From: a virus
UHGV virus genome: UHGV-0198360
Direction: 5' to 3' (one strand)
Length of the DNA stretch: 37,260 bases
The position numbers and the translations under genes are program-made. The first letter of the stretch is position 1. Each line of letters starts with the position of its first letter. Positions 10,393-19,726 of the stretch are shown one piece after another. The notes beneath the pieces are model-generated. The model made no database searches. It was not told the origin of the DNA and worked only from the letters and a program-made list of their open reading frames with translations.

Positions 10393-10454
10393 TCCTTGAT
10401 CTCCTTGTTTTTAGATAGGGTAGCAAGGAAAGCGTTTCTAATAAATTCTACTTT

Positions 10455-11143
10455 TCAATTCCACGTCCTCATCGCTTCCTGCAGGCTGATTGGTTCGTTA
10501 GCGGCGACGCGCTCTACCGCTGCTATGTGAGGGGCGAAATCAGTAATGCTGAATGCCGGTGTGTTTGAACCGCGATTAACATTAGCCAGCACAGAAGAAA
10601 TCAACGCTGCTCCCCATTCCGTCCGCATCATAGGGTTCAGGTTTCCGTATTTTTGACGATACTGAACCCACTGCTGAAACTCAAGAAAGCTAAGGCGTTC
10701 CTGCGCTTCTGAAATGGTACGTCCACCAATCCCGTTAAGGACTAGTTCGCACCAGATTTCGTCTTCTGCGCTGAGTCCGTCTTTCCCAGATCGTTAACTT
10801 CCTGAATAGCCACCAGCAAAGCCACTGTAAGATTGCCATCCAGTGCGCCACGTTCCGGATCAGCCTCGCCGGTCACATCAGCAACGGTAAACACCTGATG
10901 CCCGTCTTCATCACAGATTGATGCTGCAATACGACCAGCAACGCCATCAATCTTGCCAAGACCGGCGAGAACATCAGACGTGGCAGTGTGATAACCCAGA
11001 GGGCGAACATAAGTTATGGCAATATGTTCTTCCCCGTCAGCACCTTTCCATTTAATTTCTTTCTCAACAGGACGACCAGTAAAAGCACCTGTTTTTTTCA
11101 GCGTATCAAGAGTCAGTTTCATGTAGTTTTCCGGTATAAACAT
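10455..11143 (-). CDS. Tail assembly chaperone GT fusion, made by programmed -1 frameshift at GGGAAAG (10781-10787)
   Basis: After the slippery site the -1 frame stays open for about 110 codons (DGLSAEDEIWCELVLNGIGGRTISEAQERL...RTWN*), ending at TGA 10455-10457; same arrangement as lambda G/GT. Confidence 0.6.
10742..11143 (-). CDS. Tail assembly chaperone (gpG-like)
   Basis: ORF between major tail and tape measure genes; contains slippery heptamer G_GGA_AAG near its 3' end; start taken at the first ATG (track start 11146 is a TTG). Confidence 0.7.
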   Translation of the reverse strand: MFIPENYMKLTLDTLKKTGAFTGRPVEKEIKWKGADGEEHIAITYVRPLGYHTATSDVLAGLGKIDGVAGRIAASICDEDGHQVFTVADVTGEADPERGALDGNLTVALLVAIQEVNDLGKTDSAQKTKSGAN

Positions 11144-11174
11144 CAATGAGGCGGGGTATGATCCCCGCGTTTAA

Positions 11175-11666
11175 TTAACTGCCTGGCTGTTCTTTAGGAA
11201 TCCATGCCCCCTGGCCAGAGCGCTGGATGGTAGCAGACGTCTGCACGACGGTATTACCCTGGAAGTCAAACGGGAAGTCGGAAACATAACCTTTGAACAC
11301 GTACCAGGTACGATCTGAAGGTAGAATCAGTCCATCAACAGCATCAGGGGAACTCCCCGTTGTTGGTTTAGACTCGCCATCGGACCATCCGATCGCAAAT
11401 GTCACATCACTCTGATCATTTGATTCAGCCATATTACTGAGCATCAGATGGCTGGCATTCTGTGGATCAGCGTTAAGCGTGGCCGTCGCCTGCCCCGGTG
11501 TACGCAGACCCTTTTTATATTTTCGGGTGTTGCGTTCACTGAGGCACGTATCATCAATCTGATCTGCAGGGCTGCCGCCTGGTGAAAATGCCGTAATACA
11601 TTCGATTTCGCTCACGACACCATTCGCGAGCACAAAAAGTTGAGTGCCTTGAGTCACTACTGACAT
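11175..11666 (-). CDS. Major tail (tube) protein (163 aa)
   Basis: ORF track ORF trimmed to the ATG with SD GGAGA ([13 protein letters not shown]...); the longer track ORF would overlap the upstream gene and a terminator hairpin. Confidence 0.7.
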   Translation of the reverse strand: MSVVTQGTQLFVLANGVVSEIECITAFSPGGSPADQIDDTCLSERNTRKYKKGLRTPGQATATLNADPQNASHLMLSNMAESNDQSDVTFAIGWSDGESKPTTGSSPDAVDGLILPSDRTWYVFKGYVSDFPFDFQGNTVVQTSATIQRSGQGAWIPKEQPGS

Positions 11667-11682
11667 AGTCATCTCCGGATAT

Positions 11683-11704
11683 AAAAAAACCGGCTTATAG
11701 CCGG
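11683..11704 (-). terminator. Candidate intrinsic terminator/attenuator upstream of major tail gene
   Basis: Minus strand hairpin CCGGCTATAAGCCGG followed by T7. Confidence 0.5.
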
Positions 11705-11724
11705 TGTGATGTGAGTGGTTTAAG

Positions 11725-12090
11725 CTATCGGTTGACCAGCCAGTCAACGTCAAAGGAATATCGGTATTTGAGGGTTGCAGAGTCTCTGCCCTGTGCATCC
11801 CAGCGGGTAATGTAAGCTTTACGCTGAATGACATCGCGCAATGCTCTCGCCACAGCAAGAGCATCTTCATCGGTGTCGCCATACACATCCACCTGAATGG
11901 AATAACGGTCGATGTCAGGGTTCTGACTCAGGTAATTTTCAGGTTCACCGCCCACGTTCTGCCAGACCGCGTAGGGATACACAAGGTCATCATCATGCAT
12001 GCCAAACGGATAAAGCCTGACCGGGTTGGCACCAAGTAGCTCTTTTACTTTCGGGTCTGTCGAACAGACGGAAAAAACTGGAGCAATCAT
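11725..12090 (-). CDS. Tail completion / tail terminator-like protein (121 aa)
   Basis: ORF track; ATGA overlap with upstream gp10-like gene; position between head-tail joining genes and major tail gene. Confidence 0.55.
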   Translation of the reverse strand: MIAPVFSVCSTDPKVKELLGANPVRLYPFGMHDDDLVYPYAVWQNVGGEPENYLSQNPDIDRYSIQVDVYGDTDEDALAVARALRDVIQRKAYITRWDAQGRDSATLKYRYSFDVDWLVNR

Positions 12091-12626
12091 GCTGTCGTTC
12101 CTTTTTTGTCGGCACGCCTAACTGCGCGATCGATAGCTTTTTCCATTTCTTCAGCGAAAACGCTGATTACTGCGGTATCAACACCATTCATCGCTGGTCG
12201 CAGTACAGGCTTTGCGGCGGCATGTTCGGTTCCAAATTCGAGAAAACGCCAGTACCAGGTATCGCCGCCAGGATTGCTTTTATCGCCCGGTGTTTTGAAC
12301 GTTTTCCCAGCCCTGCCTTTCCTGACGTTAGCCTTTGTGTTTGCATACTGACTGGCGCCGCCCATTACCCCAACACGAAATGCCAGATCACCCGTCCTGC
12401 GGAATTGTTTGCTGCTGAAGCTGGCGACAATATTTTTATATATCGCCTCTTTGGTGAGGGGATCATCAACTCTGGCTGCGTTACTTCTGGCGCGATCCCT
12501 GATTATATTCGCAGCCTTACGCAGCGCAGAACGCCCGGCTTTATTTCGGGTAACGTCGGAAACAGCCTCCATTTTTCCAAGCAGTGATTCGAGGCCTGTA
12601 AGGTTTACTTCAACACTATCAGCCAT
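12087..12626 (-). CDS. Head-tail joining protein, HK97 gp10-like (179 aa)
   Basis: ORF track; SD GAGGGGG before ATG; order and size typical of HK97 gp10 family. Confidence 0.6.
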   Translation of the reverse strand: MADSVEVNLTGLESLLGKMEAVSDVTRNKAGRSALRKAANIIRDRARSNAARVDDPLTKEAIYKNIVASFSSKQFRRTGDLAFRVGVMGGASQYANTKANVRKGRAGKTFKTPGDKSNPGGDTWYWRFLEFGTEHAAAKPVLRPAMNGVDTAVISVFAEEMEKAIDRAVRRADKKGTTA

Positions 12627-12951
12627 CGTTTACCCCCTCAGAACAAGGAAGCGTCAGATATTCACGACCACTTTTCGGATCCGGGAGCACGCCCTCAATG
12701 TTGTATACTGAGCCACGAAAGAGAATACGGTGCTTTCGGGTAATACCTGCACGGTAACGAATTGTTATGCGCGTTGTTATTTCGCCCTGTGATGCCTGGG
12801 CCGCTATAAACTCCCGTGCTGATAAGGGGGATATTTCGGCCCAGATAGTTGCGACATCGCGCCAGGTATTAATTACGGCTCCCGTTGTAGGGTTCTGTTC
12901 TTTTACCGGCGCCTGCAGGGTAACCCTGTGACGCAATTTCCCGGCTTGCAT
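12619..12951 (-). CDS. Head-tail adaptor / head closure protein (110 aa)
   Basis: ORF track; SD GGGGGTGAT; position between connector and gp10-like gene. Confidence 0.6.
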   Translation of the reverse strand: MQAGKLRHRVTLQAPVKEQNPTTGAVINTWRDVATIWAEISPLSAREFIAAQASQGEITTRITIRYRAGITRKHRILFRGSVYNIEGVLPDPKSGREYLTLPCSEGVNDG

Positions 12952-12952
12952 A

Positions 12953-13165
12953 TCACCCCCTGGGTTTTTGACTCAAGTAAACGGGTCGCTCATCACCTAA
13001 TGAAGTAGTATCAATTTCTTCATCTTCGGCCAGTGACTGGATAATGACATCACACAGAGCTGCGTTTGATTCAGCCAGGCGGCTTATCGCTTCCGTCTGT
13101 TCTCTCTGAGCTGCGGTTTGTTCCCGCAGCGCCGCTATTAGTTCCTTTACCAGTTGCTCGTTCAT
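12953..13165 (-). CDS. Hypothetical small head-module protein (70 aa)
   Basis: ORF track; acidic, helical-looking sequence; tightly packed in head-tail joining gene block. Confidence 0.45.
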   Translation of the reverse strand: MNEQLVKELIAALREQTAAQREQTEAISRLAESNAALCDVIIQSLAEDEEIDTTSLGDERPVYLSQKPRG

Positions 13166-13228
13166 AAGCTATTTTCGCCCACTTTTTTATCCATTCGCGC
13201 CTCTGCGCGCACCCGGAACAGGCCATAT

Positions 13229-13555
13229 TTACACCCCGTAAATTCGGTATGGCTGCAGCAAGGCTTCAACTGCAAACGGAACCTCTGCAACGGTCTGACC
13301 AACGACCACTGATTCTCTGTTGGCATACCAGTGACCTATCAGCAGTAACATGGCCGCTTTAACATCATCATTCAGTAGAATCGGGGCAGGGTCGTCTACG
13401 TAACCAGGGCTGTCTTCTTTTTCATAGAGCGTTCGCCGCGTCCATGTCTGAACGTAACGCGCCGCCGCGCCAGTGTATAAAGTCAACAAGGCATCATCAC
13501 CGGTAAAGTCGGTATCAATGCGGCAGTGCTGTTTCACCACATTTTGATCAAGCAT
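13229..13555 (-). CDS. Head-tail connector protein (gp6-like, 108 aa)
   Basis: ORF track; first gene after major capsid gene and its terminator. Confidence 0.6.
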   Translation of the reverse strand: MLDQNVVKQHCRIDTDFTGDDALLTLYTGAAARYVQTWTRRTLYEKEDSPGYVDDPAPILLNDDVKAAMLLLIGHWYANRESVVVGQTVAEVPFAVEALLQPYRIYGV

Positions 13556-13567
13556 TTTTCTGACCTA

Positions 13568-13590
13568 AAAAAAGCGGCCCGCAGGCCGCA
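13568..13590 (-). terminator. Candidate intrinsic terminator just downstream of major capsid gene
   Basis: Minus strand hairpin GCGGCCTGCGGGCCGC followed by T7 immediately after capsid stop codon. Confidence 0.6.
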
Positions 13591-13597
13591 GTGTTTA

Positions 13598-14809
13598 TCA
13601 GCTACCTGCGCCGGTGCTGAAGGAGCCATACACGAACGCTTCAGGGCGTTTGACGGCCAGCGCCAGACGTTCCTCGCAACGGATGGTGATCATGTTTTTC
13701 TCGAAATCGTCGGCGTTCTCCGTGGAGATAACGACATTCGCATCTTCGCGGTCGAAGATTTGCGCGCCAGCGTTGAAAGCACCAGTCAAAAATTTACCCT
13801 GGAAGGCTGCCGCTTCAGTGGCAACAACCGGCAGGCCCCACAGCGTCGGCCCAGTCAGCGCTGCAGGGTTAGCCAGGATGTAGCGGCCCAGGCTGTCTTT
13901 TGTCAGTTCGATCCGCGCCCAGTCGATGAAGTGAAGAACGTGACCGGATGCAGGGAAGCGCGCCAGTTGCGCCTGCAGCATTGCCAGACGCAGATCGTCA
14001 ATACTGCTCTGCTGTTCAACAGTAAACGCCGGGTTAAACGCTGACGCCTGAGGAACAATGCCATGCAGATGTACACCGGTACCGTCACCGAAGAGAATTT
14101 CCTGCTCTTCCGCGTACTTCAGTCCGTAGCGCATTTCGGCATCAACGGTTGACTGCAGCTGTGCGAAGTCATCCAGGATCTGCTTTGAGGCTTTGAACAG
14201 GTGAGCGATGGTGCTGACGCCCGTGATTTTTGGCGTAAACTCAATATCGCTGTATGGTTTCTGAGTATTTTCAGGAACCACCTTCGCTTTGTTGGTAAAG
14301 CCTGTCTGTTGCACCCAGAAAATAGCCGGGGAGGAAGTGCGGCCAGGCGCAATCAGATCGCGGATGAACAGGCGCTGTTTCGGTGCTGTATCAATGCCCG
14401 GAATTCGCTGGGGTTCGACGACGCCATCAGGCACATCCGCAGAAGTCAGTGCGGCCTTAACCGGGATACTGATACGTTTGCCACCTTCCACGCCGGAGGC
14501 AAAGGTTTTCAGAGCTTCAGCAGAGATGACCTGCTGACCGATTGATTCCACAACATGCTTCGCGTTTGCCAGCGGCATCTGGGCGACATGTTGCTCCAGT
14601 TCGCCCATCGCTGCCTTCAGCGTTTTTTCTGCTTCGCGCAGGGCGTTGAACTCAGAAGCCATTTTATCGACGGCTGCCTTTGTTTCTTCTGACAACTTGC
14701 CTGACTTCTGCGCCTCCTTCACTGCTTCTTCTGCTTTCGCGTTGAACTTGCCGGTTGCCTCTTCAATGCTGGCCGTGACTTTTTTCAGAATATCGTTTAC
14801 TTCAGACAT
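13598..14809 (-). CDS. Major capsid protein, HK97 family (403 aa)
   Basis: ORF track; size, position after prohead protease and N-terminal coiled-coil delta-domain-like region (KAEEAVKEAQKSGKLSEETKAAVDKM...). Confidence 0.85.
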   Translation of the reverse strand: MSEVNDILKKVTASIEEATGKFNAKAEEAVKEAQKSGKLSEETKAAVDKMASEFNALREAEKTLKAAMGELEQHVAQMPLANAKHVVESIGQQVISAEALKTFASGVEGGKRISIPVKAALTSADVPDGVVEPQRIPGIDTAPKQRLFIRDLIAPGRTSSPAIFWVQQTGFTNKAKVVPENTQKPYSDIEFTPKITGVSTIAHLFKASKQILDDFAQLQSTVDAEMRYGLKYAEEQEILFGDGTGVHLHGIVPQASAFNPAFTVEQQSSIDDLRLAMLQAQLARFPASGHVLHFIDWARIELTKDSLGRYILANPAALTGPTLWGLPVVATEAAAFQGKFLTGAFNAGAQIFDREDANVVISTENADDFEKNMITIRCEERLALAVKRPEAFVYGSFSTGAGS

Positions 14810-14818
14810 AAATGGTCC

Positions 14819-15667
14819 TTATTTGACTAACGCCGCCAGGGCGCTTTCAAGTGAATTGATAGTTTCAGGTTTGATATCTTCGGCAGCGCCCGGCGTACCG
14901 TCGTTGGTGGTGACAGCGCCAGGCATGCCACCGGATAAGGCTTTAATGAGTTTTCGGCGCTCAGAGCGCGGGGTGTTGGTCTTGGCCAGCAATGCATCAA
15001 GTTTGCGAAGCGCGGCTGCAGGCGATTCGTCGCCGTCGCTGACAGCATCAGCAGAAAGCAGGCTGTCTGCCAGTCCCTTCGCCACAGCATCACTGCCACC
15101 GATATAACTTTCGGCGTCCATCAGTTTCTGAACGGCGGCAATATCAAGGCCGGAGCGCGCCGCGTAGATATCAGCCATTGCGGTATCGAAGGGCTCCAGT
15201 GACTGTGCCAGTTCAGCAAAGTCATGGCGGTTTCCCATCGCGTATACCCAGCAGTTGTGGATCATCAGAAAGGCACCGCGGCCAATCTGAATATCATCCC
15301 CGGCCATCGCAATTATCGAGGCGGCACTGGCGGCAATGCCCAGCACCTTCACAGTTACACGGCCTTCGTATTCGCGGAGAAGGTTATAAATAGCCAGACC
15401 TTCGAACATGTCGCCGCCCGGGGAGTTGATATTCACCGTAACGTCGGCGCCATTCATCGCCCGAAGTGCACCGGCAATACGTTTAGCTGTTACCCCTTCG
15501 CCCCAATAGTCCTGTCCGATAACATCAAAAACAGAAATGCTGTTATCGTCGGTGGCCGCCGCTTTGATCCCGCCGTCCCAGCGGTCCAGTGCAGACGGTA
15601 ATGTTTCACAGGTAACGCGCGCGCAGGGGCGACCCGCCGGTGCTACCGGAAGTTGTTTTTTGCTCAT
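14819..15667 (-). CDS. Prohead protease, ClpP/S49-like (282 aa)
   Basis: ORF track; ClpP-like motif INSPGGDMFEGLAIYN; located between portal and capsid genes. Confidence 0.8.
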   Translation of the reverse strand: MSKKQLPVAPAGRPCARVTCETLPSALDRWDGGIKAAATDDNSISVFDVIGQDYWGEGVTAKRIAGALRAMNGADVTVNINSPGGDMFEGLAIYNLLREYEGRVTVKVLGIAASAASIIAMAGDDIQIGRGAFLMIHNCWVYAMGNRHDFAELAQSLEPFDTAMADIYAARSGLDIAAVQKLMDAESYIGGSDAVAKGLADSLLSADAVSDGDESPAAALRKLDALLAKTNTPRSERRKLIKALSGGMPGAVTTNDGTPGAAEDIKPETINSLESALAALVK

Positions 15668-15680
15668 CAGGAAAGTGCTC

Positions 15681-16985
15681 CTAAGCGGCCTGTTTCAGCG
15701 GAGATTGTTCAAAGGAAATATCGGGGAATACGTGGTTATGCAGCTCTCGCAGGGCCAGCGCCTGAACAGCAGGGTTGCTGCTTTCGAGATTTTTCAGTTG
15801 CGTCAGGTTGAGCTGAACGGTGTAAATATCGCCCCCTTCAATTGGCGGCATGTTCTCAAGACGACGAACGTCATTACGGGACATCCAGCCATTCTGAAGC
15901 GCGCTGGTATAGTATGCCGCGCGACCGGCACTATCTGCTCGCAGTAGACCTTCAACAGAGAATTCTGCAAACACTTCGTCATCGCTGTCGAGTAAGCACC
16001 GGCCAATTTCCTGCTCAATATTCACCAGCAGCGGTCGAAGAGTATGAGTCAGGAACTGCAGGTTCATACCCTCAAGGCTGGATGCCCAGCTGCTTTGTTT
16101 CGTGGTGTGGCCAACCATGAAAGGAGGTACACGAAACCAGCGGCAGATCTCCTCAATGCTAAATGCGCGGCTTTCGAGCATCTGAGCATCTTCCGGATTC
16201 ATGGTAACGCCCTGATACTTCAATCCGCCTTCAAGTACCATGATTTTCCCGGCGTTTTTTGAACCGGTAAATGCAGCCATGTAGCTCCGAAGTCTTTCAC
16301 GTTGTTCGTCACTCAGCGCATTATCAGCGGAGAGAAAACCTGAACTCTGAAGCCCCTGTTCAAATATCTTCGCAGCAGACTCCTCAACCGCCATTGCTGA
16401 ACCGATCACATCCCGTCCGGTTTTCATCGGCATCATGCCGCAAACACCGTCCAGACCGAACCCGCGAATGTGCATGATGTTTTTGACGGAAATGACGCGC
16501 TCGCTACCGTTTTCAGTGTATTTGTATTCCAGCGCCCCGGAAGTGAGACGTTTAACCACCATGTTCTGCGGCAGCAAAGGTACCAGCGAAACCAGGCGAT
16601 TTGCGATGAATTTCTTCTCAATGAAGGCGTTCCCGCGTAGGCAGATACTGGCGACCACCATCAACATAAAGCGTGATGGCGTCATTTCTGAATTGGGACG
16701 GCGGCACAGTATCGAATAGGCCGGGTGATCGGTTGCTGCTTTTCGTGAACCGTCAGGCTGTCGAATGTATATTTTCAGCGGAAGGGTTGAAATAGACTCG
16801 CTTAACAGCCTTACGCATGCCCACACAGCCGATAGTTGGATGGCTTTATCGGCCGTTACCACCTTTCCGCTGCTGCTGGTACCAAACCATTCCTCCCAGA
16901 ACGTGCCGGTAGTGAGGCTGATAGGCACACCGAGCCAGTTAAGCAGAGCGCTTTTCACCCTGCCTGGCTGTTTGTTTTTTTTCAT
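15681..16985 (-). CDS. Portal protein, HK97 family (434 aa)
   Basis: ORF track; size and position immediately after terminase large subunit with ATGA overlap. Confidence 0.8.
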   Translation of the reverse strand: MKKNKQPGRVKSALLNWLGVPISLTTGTFWEEWFGTSSSGKVVTADKAIQLSAVWACVRLLSESISTLPLKIYIRQPDGSRKAATDHPAYSILCRRPNSEMTPSRFMLMVVASICLRGNAFIEKKFIANRLVSLVPLLPQNMVVKRLTSGALEYKYTENGSERVISVKNIMHIRGFGLDGVCGMMPMKTGRDVIGSAMAVEESAAKIFEQGLQSSGFLSADNALSDEQRERLRSYMAAFTGSKNAGKIMVLEGGLKYQGVTMNPEDAQMLESRAFSIEEICRWFRVPPFMVGHTTKQSSWASSLEGMNLQFLTHTLRPLLVNIEQEIGRCLLDSDDEVFAEFSVEGLLRADSAGRAAYYTSALQNGWMSRNDVRRLENMPPIEGGDIYTVQLNLTQLKNLESSNPAVQALALRELHNHVFPDISFEQSPLKQAA

Positions 16986-18721
16986 CAGAAACCTACCATG
17001 ATGGGATTATTGAAGAATCCGGAAAGATCCTGCTGGTCGTTGCCACCGTTAACCAGAACGCGGCTCATTGCTGTGAACAATGCCGCTGGGCCATCAATCT
17101 TGGCCTCTGGTGTGGACTTGTTCGGGAAAATGTTCTCGTTCCGGTCAGGTTTGACGGTTACGTTGGACATCATCCAGTTCATTACCGGGTGATCGCTGTG
17201 ATGGAAGCGGCCACCATATACCAGTGCTTCGACCTCTTTCATCGCCTCAGAGAAATTGCGAACCGTCTGCGGCACCTCCACCAGTGGCAACCCTTCTTCT
17301 GCCAGCGCAAGGCTGAACTGCGTAGCACTCCAGGGATCGAAGCCAATTTCTTTCAGACTCTCGCCAGCAATCCACACCTGCAGCTCTTCCTTAATCTGAG
17401 CATGGTCGATTACATCCCCGTCTGTAAGGATCAGCTTGTCCATCCCGGCCCACTTACGATAGAGCTCTGCCATCTGGCGTGAACATTTCTCAAGGCGTCC
17501 CTCCGGCAGCCAGAATTTAAAATCTGCATGGACATGACCATCCGGAGCGCGCCAGACTTTAGCGGCCGCACAGATATCAATTTTGTTTGAAAGGTCAACG
17601 CCTACCCAAGAGGGATAGGTTTTAAGCTCGTGCTGCGGGGCGATAAACTCGCATTTTTCCCATTTCATCATGTCCATCCAGGCAGACTCAGCGGTAACCC
17701 AGATATTCATGTGCTTGGTGAAAAAGTTAATCCTGGCGGAAACCTGCTCTTTCGCCTTTTTAGCCAGACGGCGCAGGTCATCCCAGCGCTTACAGATACC
17801 CAGCCCCGGATTCGCCTTCTGCCAGACTTTTTCATCAAAGGGATCGTCACCTTCGTCTAAGGTGTAGATGATGGCAAAAAACGTATCGTCTTTTACCAGT
17901 CCGCGCAGCACCTTGATGGCGTAATCACGAAGTTCGTAGCAGATGCCTTCTTTGTTGAAGCCAGCGGTGGTGATACCAAAAAGCAGAGATTGCAGACGCG
18001 CGCCGGTTGCCGTCTCCAGAACGTCCCATACGTCGCGGGTTTTGTGAGCATGCAGCTCGTCAACGATGGCGCAGTGAATGTTCAGGCCGTCGAGGTTGTT
18101 CGCATCTGATGATAATGGCTCAAACTTGGAGGCCGTTTGCTCCTGGTAGATAGCGAGCTTGTTGAATTCGAAGATCCGCCCAAGAGTGGCTTTTGCCTTC
18201 TTGACCATATTCTTCGCGTCTTCAAAAACAATTCGCGCCTGGTCACGGGTGGTTGCAGCGGAATAAACCTCCGCCCCGCCCTCGCCGTCGGCACCAGCCA
18301 TATACAACCCCACGCCAGAGCACAGTGTTGATTTGGCATTTTTACGGGCCACCTCAACATCAGCTGTACGGAAGCGGCGAACCATTACTGGACGACCGCT
18401 GCCGTCATTACGCAGGACGGTTTCTCCTGTTTCCTCATTAACCAGCGGGATAACAAAACCAAAAATATTAATCAGTATGAAAACATGCCAGTCCATCAGC
18501 TCAATAGGCTGGCCTGCCAGCGCGCCTTTTACGTGAGGCACAAAATTATAGAAATTCAGAATGTGCTGCGCGCGCGGCTCACTGAAGAAAATTCCACGCT
18601 CTTCGCCATGTGCCAGATCGTCAAGAAAACGCTGACAGGCAAGGCGCACATACTCACAGGCAATAATTTCCCCCGCCACTACCCTCTCGGCGTAGCGGAT
18701 GCCTTCTGCAACCTTAGCCAT
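16985..18721 (-). CDS. Terminase large subunit (578 aa)
   Basis: ORF track; size and position between terminase small subunit and portal; stop/start overlaps on both sides. Confidence 0.85.
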   Translation of the reverse strand: MAKVAEGIRYAERVVAGEIIACEYVRLACQRFLDDLAHGEERGIFFSEPRAQHILNFYNFVPHVKGALAGQPIELMDWHVFILINIFGFVIPLVNEETGETVLRNDGSGRPVMVRRFRTADVEVARKNAKSTLCSGVGLYMAGADGEGGAEVYSAATTRDQARIVFEDAKNMVKKAKATLGRIFEFNKLAIYQEQTASKFEPLSSDANNLDGLNIHCAIVDELHAHKTRDVWDVLETATGARLQSLLFGITTAGFNKEGICYELRDYAIKVLRGLVKDDTFFAIIYTLDEGDDPFDEKVWQKANPGLGICKRWDDLRRLAKKAKEQVSARINFFTKHMNIWVTAESAWMDMMKWEKCEFIAPQHELKTYPSWVGVDLSNKIDICAAAKVWRAPDGHVHADFKFWLPEGRLEKCSRQMAELYRKWAGMDKLILTDGDVIDHAQIKEELQVWIAGESLKEIGFDPWSATQFSLALAEEGLPLVEVPQTVRNFSEAMKEVEALVYGGRFHHSDHPVMNWMMSNVTVKPDRNENIFPNKSTPEAKIDGPAALFTAMSRVLVNGGNDQQDLSGFFNNPIMVGF

Positions 18722-19218
18722 TAATCCCTCGCTTTCATAAACTCGGTCAGCGGGTCAACCACGTCAGGACCTTTTGCATTCACCTTAGAGCGGCTGGCTG
18801 GCGTCATGCCAAACTCACCGAGCATGGCGCGAAGACGTTTCCAGGCGTCAGCTTTCATGATGGCGGCCGGGTGAGCCTTGATCATGCGTATTTCTCGCTC
18901 TTTGCCTTCGTCTGGATCTTCGTCGCTATATACGGCGTAGGTGTAGCCTTCTCTCTCCAGCGTATCGCAGTGATGCCGGTACTCGGTGTATACCTCAACC
19001 AGAAGCTCAAGTGCTCTCGCGTCCAGCTGCGACATGACGCCAAGCGCATCGAGCTCTTCGGCCATACGCTTGAACCAGTATTTCCCCTGCTTGTCGAAAT
19101 GCTTCGGTGTTGGGGGTACCCCAGCAGCAGGCTTTGGTTCGTTTTCATTGATCGGTCGTTTTGATGGGTTACCCCTCACCAAACGTAGATGTGTCGGGGT
19201 TTTCGGTGGTCCAGACAT
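18721..19218 (-). CDS. Terminase small subunit, P27-like family (165 aa)
   Basis: ORF track; N-terminus LRLVRGNPSKRPINENEP typical of P27-family small terminases; directly upstream of large subunit. Confidence 0.75.
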   Translation of the reverse strand: MSGPPKTPTHLRLVRGNPSKRPINENEPKPAAGVPPTPKHFDKQGKYWFKRMAEELDALGVMSQLDARALELLVEVYTEYRHHCDTLEREGYTYAVYSDEDPDEGKEREIRMIKAHPAAIMKADAWKRLRAMLGEFGMTPASRSKVNAKGPDVVDPLTEFMKARD

Positions 19219-19375
19219 AATCGAAAACTCCTATTAATCATCGAATGGGGGACCCCATAAAAAAGTTTTCTAACCTGCGGCGATGTGAAAAGAGGTTAGG
19301 CGGCGGTCCTTTGGCGCGTCGTTCCTGAACTTTCAACCCGCCCTCCCCCTCTGTCGTTGCAAGTGAGAATTTATA
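19219..19375. other. Candidate cos / packaging-site region
   Basis: Non-coding gap between HNH and terminase small subunit genes containing GC-rich GGCGGCGGTCCT, similar to the lambda cohesive-end sequence GGGCGGCGACCT; inference only. Confidence 0.3.
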
Positions 19376-19726
19376 TCATTTGAGCCTATCGACCGCTGTC
19401 TTTGCCCTGTGGCAGGGCTTGCAGAGGCTTTCGAGGTTGGACAGGTCATCGGTCCCCCCATTTGCTTTGGCGGTGATGTGGTCCACCGTCTCAGCGGGTG
19501 TATACCTTCCATTTCGCAGGCATTCCTGACAAAGGTGTTTATCTCTGTCGAGAACGATTGGGCGCAGCCTGTCCCACTTGCTGCCATAACCTCGCTGATG
19601 CCTGCTCTGTCCTCGCTGATGCTGCTGCCAGCCTTCGTTAAGGTGCTTGGGACAATAGCCTGAGCGGTCAGTGGTTGTGCCAGGGCAGCCACGCTTGCGG
19701 CATGCTCTCGGTATTAACGCAGGCAT
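19376..19726 (-). CDS. HNH endonuclease, packaging-associated (116 aa from ATG)
   Basis: ORF track; C-terminal HNH motif (VDHITAKANGGTDDLSNLESLCKPCH); start moved to the ATG in a TGATG overlap with upstream stop, SD GGAGG 8 nt upstream. Confidence 0.75.
   Translation of the reverse strand: MPALIPRACRKRGCPGTTTDRSGYCPKHLNEGWQQHQRGQSRHQRGYGSKWDRLRPIVLDRDKHLCQECLRNGRYTPAETVDHITAKANGGTDDLSNLESLCKPCHRAKTAVDRLK

Noticed and set aside
11146-11175. Hairpin CGGGG-TATGAT-CCCCG between major tail and chaperone genes as a terminator
   Set aside because: No U-tract follows on the transcribed strand; may affect translation initiation of the chaperone gene, but not called as a terminator
13526-15947. Plus-strand ORFs overlapping capsid, protease and portal genes (e.g. 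13526-14044, 14646-15107, 15537-15947)
   Set aside because: Antisense to strongly supported, translationally coupled head genes; GC-rich coding regions often give long spurious antisense frames
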